Shown here: positions 19,879 to 24,925 of the stretch, piece after piece | How positions within the stretch are numbered: position 1 is the first letter of the stretch | How the letters are laid out: every line of letters starts with the position of its first letter | Sequence record: SRR22947725_2285 | Strand: one strand, 5' to 3' | Length of the DNA stretch: 24,925 nt | The notes under the pieces: model-generated | Databases searched by the model: none | What the model was told of the DNA's origin: nothing | Seen by the model: only the letters and a program-made list of their open reading frames with translations | Position numbers and translations under genes: made by a program

Positions 19879-20544
19879 TTAGTTATAGTACCTTACAAAA
19901 CGACTTAAATCTTCCCTTGGTGTTCTGTATGAGTTGACGATTTGACCCTTGTCTTCGTAGCCCAAAGCTAGACCACAAAGCACCATTTTGTCCTTGTATT
20001 CTGGAAACTCTTGACGAACAATGTCAGGATACTCTCCAAGAGCTGCCTGAGGACAAGTTGCCAATCCTTTTTCGACAGCTGAAAGCATGATCGATTGAAT
20101 AAACATTCCATAATCCATAAAAGAGCCTTTCTCCATTGATCTATCAATAAAAAATAGAAGAATAACAGGGGCATTAAAGGCTTGATAATTTAGCGCCCAC
20201 TGGTCAAGCTGTCTGTCTTTATCTTCTCTACTTATATTCAATGTTGAGTAGAGCATAAGGCCGCATTCCTTTCTTCTTTGTTTATATTCGTCAAGCCACT
20301 CAACTGGGTAATACTTATAGTCCATAGAGCCTTTTACTCCGCCTCTAAAAGCCTTCTCAAACTTATTACAGAGGTTATTTTTACTCTCACCCTGAATGAC
20401 TGCAACTTGCCAGGGCTGTGTATTCACTCCAGAAGGTGCTGTTTTGGACTGCTCAATGATTTCGTTTATTGTGTCCATGGGCACCTCTTTATCCAAGAAA
20501 GCCCTTGTGGATTTTCGCTCCATTAAAGTGGTTTTTAAATCCAT
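19879..20544 (-). CDS. FMN-dependent nitroreductase family protein (NfnB/PnbA-like)
   Basis: RKSTRAFL, APSGVNTQPW, FNAPV, DYGMFIQSIML...GLATCPQ, GLALGYED; AGGGAG RBS. Confidence 0.92.
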   Translation of the reverse strand: MDLKTTLMERKSTRAFLDKEVPMDTINEIIEQSKTAPSGVNTQPWQVAVIQGESKNNLCNKFEKAFRGGVKGSMDYKYYPVEWLDEYKQRRKECGLMLYSTLNISREDKDRQLDQWALNYQAFNAPVILLFFIDRSMEKGSFMDYGMFIQSIMLSAVEKGLATCPQAALGEYPDIVRQEFPEYKDKMVLCGLALGYEDKGQIVNSYRTPREDLSRFVRYYN

Positions 20545-20566
20545 CAGATACTCCCTTTAGTTTCTT

Positions 20567-21448
20567 CTAGTTGACTGGTTTTGCATAAAGAACGATTATA
20601 TTCCCAATAATAATTAATAATACGCCTATTAAGCCTACCCAGCTCCACTCATAATTTTCAAATAAAGTGGACAAAAGAAGCGCAATGGTGGGCGTAAAAA
20701 TATTCACATATGAGGCCTTATCTGCCCCAATATTTCCAACAAGCTTTAAGTAAACTCCAAAACCAATAACAGATGCAATCAGTGCTAAATAAACCAGTGA
20801 TAGGACATAACTATAGCTGGTGTTGAAGCTGAAACTTACATCACTCACGGCAATATAAAATACTAATATCAGTGAACCGTAGAGCATACTAAAAGCATTA
20901 CTTTGGACTAACGGCATTTTACGAGCCTGAAATTGGCCTGATAAAAGCATACCAATTGAGGCAAAAAAAGTTGCCAATAGCATCCAAAGAAAACCTTTAA
21001 CAACGCCTGACTCAAGAGACCAATCAGCACTACTAATTTCATTTGAAAATATCACTGAAAGCCCAGCTATACCAACCACTGCTCCAATTAGTATGGGCAG
21101 CCTTATTGGTTTTTTAAAAAAAACAAAACCGTTGAAAACAGTAAACAAGGTAAGGGTTGAAAAAATAAGACAAACTAAGCCAGAAGCAAGATAAAAGGTA
21201 CCAAAATAAGCACAAATATAATTAACACAAAACAGAAAAAAACCTAGCAACAGCCAACTCAAATGATCTCGCCAGGGGAATGAGAGCTTGAGGCCTCTAA
21301 AATAACACCAAATAAAAAGAATGATCGAAGCGAGCAAAAATCGCCAAACTATTGAAACCTGGGGCGCAACATCTCCCAATTGAAAGCTAATGGCGAACCA
21401 TGATGAACCCCAAGCTAATAGCACAACAAAGTAGAGAAGTGCGTTCAT
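20567..21448 (-). CDS. EamA/DMT family transporter
   Basis: About 10 hydrophobic helices in two repeats; 'WGSSWFAI', 'RFLLAS', 'LVGNIGADKASY...P.IAL'. Confidence 0.92.
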   Translation of the reverse strand: MNALLYFVVLLAWGSSWFAISFQLGDVAPQVSIVWRFLLASIILFIWCYFRGLKLSFPWRDHLSWLLLGFFLFCVNYICAYFGTFYLASGLVCLIFSTLTLFTVFNGFVFFKKPIRLPILIGAVVGIAGLSVIFSNEISSADWSLESGVVKGFLWMLLATFFASIGMLLSGQFQARKMPLVQSNAFSMLYGSLILVFYIAVSDVSFSFNTSYSYVLSLVYLALIASVIGFGVYLKLVGNIGADKASYVNIFTPTIALLLSTLFENYEWSWVGLIGVLLIIIGNIIVLYAKPVN

Positions 21449-21473
21449 CGTTTTACTTAGTTACTTTAGGTGA

Positions 21474-23390
21474 CTATTGAATTCTATTAGAAATTAAATC
21501 CTCAACTACGCCAGGCTCTGCAAGCGTTGAAGTGTCTCCCAACTCTTTATAGTCATCTTCTGCGATTTTTCTTAGAATGCGCCTCATAATCTTTCCAGAT
21601 CTTGTTTTAGGAAGGCCCTGTGCAAATTGAATTTTATCAACAGTAGCTATGGGTCCAATCTCTTTTCTTACCAGTGCAACTAGTTCTTTTTTAAGCTCAT
21701 CCGTCCCCTCAATGCCACTCATTAGAGAGACGTAAGCATAGATTCCTTGTCCCTTAATATCGTGAGGCATTCCAACAACTGCAGCCTCACTGACATTACT
21801 ATGAAGAACTAGTGCAGATTCAATTTCTGCGGTTCCAAGGCGGTGTCCAGAAATGTTTAAGACATCGTCCACCCTGCCAGTAATCCAATAATAGCCATCG
21901 GCATCACGCTTAACACCATCACCAGCAAAATATTTCCCAGGATACGTTGAAAAATAAGCCTCCATAAAGCGCTCATGATTGTTATAGAGTGTCCTCATTT
22001 GACCGGGCCATGAGCGGGCCAAAACAAGAACGCCTGAGGCTTCACCTTCTAACACTTCGCCGCTCTCGGTTAAAACTTGGGGCTCAACACCAAAAAAGGG
22101 CTTCGTTGCAGAGCCAGGCTTTAATTCAGTGGCAAATGGCATTGGTGTAATCATGTGGCCACCTGTTTCAGTTTGCCACCAGGTGTCCACAACAGGGCAT
22201 CTCTCTTCACCAACAACACTATAGTACCATTCCCAGGCTTCAGGATTGATTGGCTCTCCAACAGTGCCAAGTATTTTTAAACTAGATCTAGAAGTTTTTT
22301 GTACGAGCTCATTTCCTGCACCCATCAAAGCTCTAATTGCAGTTGGAGCCGTATAGAAAATGTTAACTTGGTGTTTATCAATGACCTGCCAGAATCTTGA
22401 GGCATCTGGATAATTTGGAATACCCTCAAACATTAAAGAGGTTGCGCCATTAGCTAGTGGCCCATAAACAATGTACGAGTGTCCCGTTACCCAGCCGACG
22501 TCCGCAGTACACCAATATATATCTCCCTCTTGATAATCAAAAGTATATTTATGAGTCATTGCCGCATAAAGGAGATAGCCACCAGAGGTATGAAGTACAC
22601 CCTTGGGCTTTCCAGTCGAGCCTGAAGTGTATAGAATAAAGAGTGGCGTTTCAGCATCAAACATTTCACAAGGGAAGTTGGATGATACATCTTTGACCAG
22701 CTCATGGTACCAAACATCTCTGTTTGACCAGCCTATATCGTTACCAGTTCTCTTAACAACTATAATATGCTCGACACAATCACACTCCTTTGTTGCAATA
22801 TCTACATTGGCTTTGAGTGGTATAGATTTACCTCCCCTAACACCCTCATCAGCAGTAATAACCATCTTACATTCACTATCAAGGATTCTATCTCTTAAAG
22901 CGTCGGGTGAGAATCCACCAAAAACAACAGAATGAATTGCTCCAAGTCTTGCGCATGCAAGCATTGCAACAGTTGCTTCTATAATCATTGGCATATAAAG
23001 GCAAATACGATCACCCTTCTGAACTCCGAGATCTTTCATTCCATTTGAAAATTTGCAGACCATTTCATAAAGCTCTTTATAGGTAACAGACTTACTTGAA
23101 TCCGGATCATCCCCTTCCCAAATAATTGCTACCTGATTTGCTCTCTCAGGAAGATGACGATCAAGACAGTTATATGAAACATTAAGAGTAGCGCCCTCAA
23201 ACCAAGCAATCTTCCCTTTAAAAAAATCAATATCAGAAACTTTATCCCACTTTTTATCCCAACTAATAAACTGATCTGCCTGATCGGCCCAAAATTCATC
23301 AGGCTGAGACATTGACTGTTCATACATCAGTTCATATTTTTGAGCATCAATTAAAGGCTTTCTATTACTTTGCATGATTGGATACTTCAT
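21474..23390 (-). CDS. acs: Acetyl-CoA synthetase (AMP-forming)
   Basis: [51 protein letters not shown]. Confidence 0.97.
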   Translation of the reverse strand: MKYPIMQSNRKPLIDAQKYELMYEQSMSQPDEFWADQADQFISWDKKWDKVSDIDFFKGKIAWFEGATLNVSYNCLDRHLPERANQVAIIWEGDDPDSSKSVTYKELYEMVCKFSNGMKDLGVQKGDRICLYMPMIIEATVAMLACARLGAIHSVVFGGFSPDALRDRILDSECKMVITADEGVRGGKSIPLKANVDIATKECDCVEHIIVVKRTGNDIGWSNRDVWYHELVKDVSSNFPCEMFDAETPLFILYTSGSTGKPKGVLHTSGGYLLYAAMTHKYTFDYQEGDIYWCTADVGWVTGHSYIVYGPLANGATSLMFEGIPNYPDASRFWQVIDKHQVNIFYTAPTAIRALMGAGNELVQKTSRSSLKILGTVGEPINPEAWEWYYSVVGEERCPVVDTWWQTETGGHMITPMPFATELKPGSATKPFFGVEPQVLTESGEVLEGEASGVLVLARSWPGQMRTLYNNHERFMEAYFSTYPGKYFAGDGVKRDADGYYWITGRVDDVLNISGHRLGTAEIESALVLHSNVSEAAVVGMPHDIKGQGIYAYVSLMSGIEGTDELKKELVALVRKEIGPIATVDKIQFAQGLPKTRSGKIMRRILRKIAEDDYKELGDTSTLAEPGVVEDLISNRIQ

Positions 23391-23476
23391 TTAAAAACCT
23401 CGAGTTATATTTCTTAAAAAATCCATGTTACCAAAGTCACTGATTGGAATGATATAAAAATATCTATAAATCAAGC

Positions 23477-23506
23477 AAAAAAAATGACGCTAGAGCGTCA
23501 TTTTTT
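23477..23506 (-). terminator. Intrinsic terminator after rpoZ (potentially bidirectional)
   Basis: AAAAAAAATGACGC-TAGA-GCGTCATTTTTT: a stem flanked by A and T tracts, about 20 nt past the rpoZ stop. Confidence 0.85.
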
Positions 23507-23527
23507 CTTTAAAAAATTTAATGGTGT

Positions 23528-23872
23528 TTATTCATCTTGATCTTTAACAGCTAAATCATCAGTCGCAACCTCAGAATCGAGCGTTGCCTCTGAAAGTTCT
23601 GCTTTAACTTCACTCATCTTAGCTTCATCTGCAAGCTTTTCTTGTGCATTAAGCTCTTCTTCAATTGCATACTCTTCTGTCAAAATTGAAGCATCTATTA
23701 ATCCAGCCTCAATTTCTCTTAAAGCTAAAACAGTCGGCTTATCTTTTCCAACATCTAAAGTTGTTCTAAAACCACCAGAATTTAATTGATGAGCGCGCTT
23801 GGCAGCCACTAAAACTAATTCAAATCTATTCTGTACCTTATCTAAACAATCTTCTACTGTTACTCTTGCCAT
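23528..23872 (-). CDS. rpoZ: RNA polymerase omega subunit
   Basis: MARVTVEDC...[15 protein letters not shown]...[11 protein letters not shown]; acidic C-terminal tail. Confidence 0.97.
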   Translation of the reverse strand: MARVTVEDCLDKVQNRFELVLVAAKRAHQLNSGGFRTTLDVGKDKPTVLALREIEAGLIDASILTEEYAIEEELNAQEKLADEAKMSEVKAELSEATLDSEVATDDLAVKDQDE

Positions 23873-23934
23873 AATCGTTGTTAACCTTTGAGGGTGAATG
23901 CTAAAATGATGTATTTTACTTTATTATGCAAAAT

Positions 23935-24600
23935 ATGGAAAGGCTTATTGTGCTTGATACAGAGACAACTGGAATTAATCCAAAAGAAGGTCATCGCATT
24001 ATTGAAGTTGGAGCCGTACAAATTGAAAATAGAGAAGTCACTAATACTGAATTTCATAAATATATTCAGCCTAATCGAGCTGTTGGTGACTCAGTTAACA
24101 TTCATGGAATTACAGATAAATTTCTAATCAATAAGCCTCAATTTAATCAAATCTCAGATGATTTATTATCCTTTATCGATGGGGCAACATTGATTATTCA
24201 TAATGCACCATTTGACTTAGGTTTTCTAGACAACGAACTTAAACTTAATGGCATAAAGAAAAAGATACAAGATTTATGTCCAGTTATTGATACTCTTGAA
24301 CTATCAAAAAAACAAAGGCCTGGAACTATGCATAATTTAGATGCCCTTTGTCGTCGATTTGGAGTTGATACAAGCGCAAGAACGAGACATGGGGCTCTTT
24401 TAGATGCTCAAATTCTTGCTCAAGTTTATATAGCAATGACTGGTGGACAATCCAATTTATTTCAAGAAACTCAAAGCAATGAATCAGAGTTAACTGACCC
24501 TTCACTCATCAAAAAAAACATTGCAAATAGAGAAAAAATTAAGGTTATTTTGGCCAATCAAGACGAAACAGAACTGCATAATAACTATTTCAACAATTAA
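23935..24600 (+). CDS. dnaQ: DNA polymerase III epsilon subunit
   Basis: ExoI LDTETTG, ExoII HNAPFD, ExoIII HGALLDA, clamp motif GGQSNLF. Start is 23935 or 23926. Confidence 0.96.
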   Translation: MERLIVLDTETTGINPKEGHRIIEVGAVQIENREVTNTEFHKYIQPNRAVGDSVNIHGITDKFLINKPQFNQISDDLLSFIDGATLIIHNAPFDLGFLDNELKLNGIKKKIQDLCPVIDTLELSKKQRPGTMHNLDALCRRFGVDTSARTRHGALLDAQILAQVYIAMTGGQSNLFQETQSNESELTDPSLIKKNIANREKIKVILANQDETELHNNYFNN

Positions 24601-24636
24601 ACAAAAATGATCTAATAAATCAAGCTTAATTAAGCA

Positions 24637-24664
24637 TTGACTAAGAAGACTATGACAGTATAAT
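24637..24664 (+). promoter_or_regulatory. Sigma70 promoter of the tRNA cluster
   Basis: TTGACT (24637-24642), 16-nt spacer, TATAAT (24659-24664), 10 nt before tRNA-Pro. Confidence 0.85.
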
Positions 24665-24674
24665 TACACACCTT

Positions 24675-24751
24675 CGGAGTGTAGCGCAGTCTGGTAGCGT
24701 ATCTGGTTTGGGACCAGGTGGTCGGGGGTTCAAATCCCTCCACTCCGACCA
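24675..24751 (+). tRNA. tRNA-Pro (TGG)
   Basis: CGGAGTG acceptor stem pairing with CACTCCG-ACCA; anticodon loop TTTGGGA; GTTCAAATC T-loop. Confidence 0.97.
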
Positions 24752-24800
24752 AAATTAATTTTTAAAGTGCAAGCCTAAACTTTATAAAAAGCAAAGTTAT

Positions 24801-24877
24801 GCGCCCATAGCTCAGCTGGATAGAGCAACGGCCTTCTAAGCCGTAGGTCATACGTTCGAATCGTATTGGGCGCGCCA
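24801..24877 (+). tRNA. tRNA-Arg (TCT)
   Basis: GCGCCCA...TGGGCGC-GCCA; anticodon arm ACGGC-CTTCTAA-GCCGT. Confidence 0.97.
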
Positions 24878-24887
24878 CTTTTTTTAT

Positions 24888-24925
24888 GGCGGGAATAGCT
24901 CAGTTGGTAGAGCCCCGGATTGTGA
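24888..24925 (+). tRNA. tRNA-His (GTG), 3' truncated by window
   Basis: G(-1)-GCGGGAA-TAGCTCAGTTGGTAGAGC-CCCGG-ATTGTGA: His-type 5' half with anticodon GTG. Confidence 0.9.

Noticed and set aside
23888..24127. 79-aa alternative-frame ORF over dnaQ
   Set aside because: It overlaps conserved dnaQ exonuclease motifs and has no recognisable features.

Overview
AT-rich, tightly packed bacterial chromosome segment made up mostly of gammaproteobacterial housekeeping genes. Gene content and compaction suggest a streamlined marine lineage such as SUP05/Thioglobaceae (inference, not verified). From left to right: the 3' part of a CUT1/Ugp-like ABC importer operon (binding protein, two permeases, EEP-family phosphoesterase); a DUF4442-like hotdog-fold gene; tRNA-Asn; cbbY-like HAD-ilvA-rimI-icd (-); dksA (+); obgE-proB-folK-panB-panC-nfuA-HDAC-thiL (-); waaA (+); thiC (-) divergent from hemB (+); a membrane-anchored coiled-coil hypothetical; acs-EamA-nitroreductase (-); rpoZ (-); dnaQ (+); and a tRNA Pro-Arg-His cluster cut by the window end. 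I saw no integrase, IS, CRISPR array or rRNA, and I cannot support a wholly new multi-gene system. The best leads are the accessory-looking block beyond the tRNA-Asn 3' end (organophosphate ABC importer plus EEP enzyme, Bacteroidota-like DUF4442), a thiC with no room for a TPP riboswitch, a 4-residue in-frame deletion in CbbY, a Gly at the Icd NADP-specificity Lys position, a PUA-less ProB, and rimI apparently starting inside ilvA.
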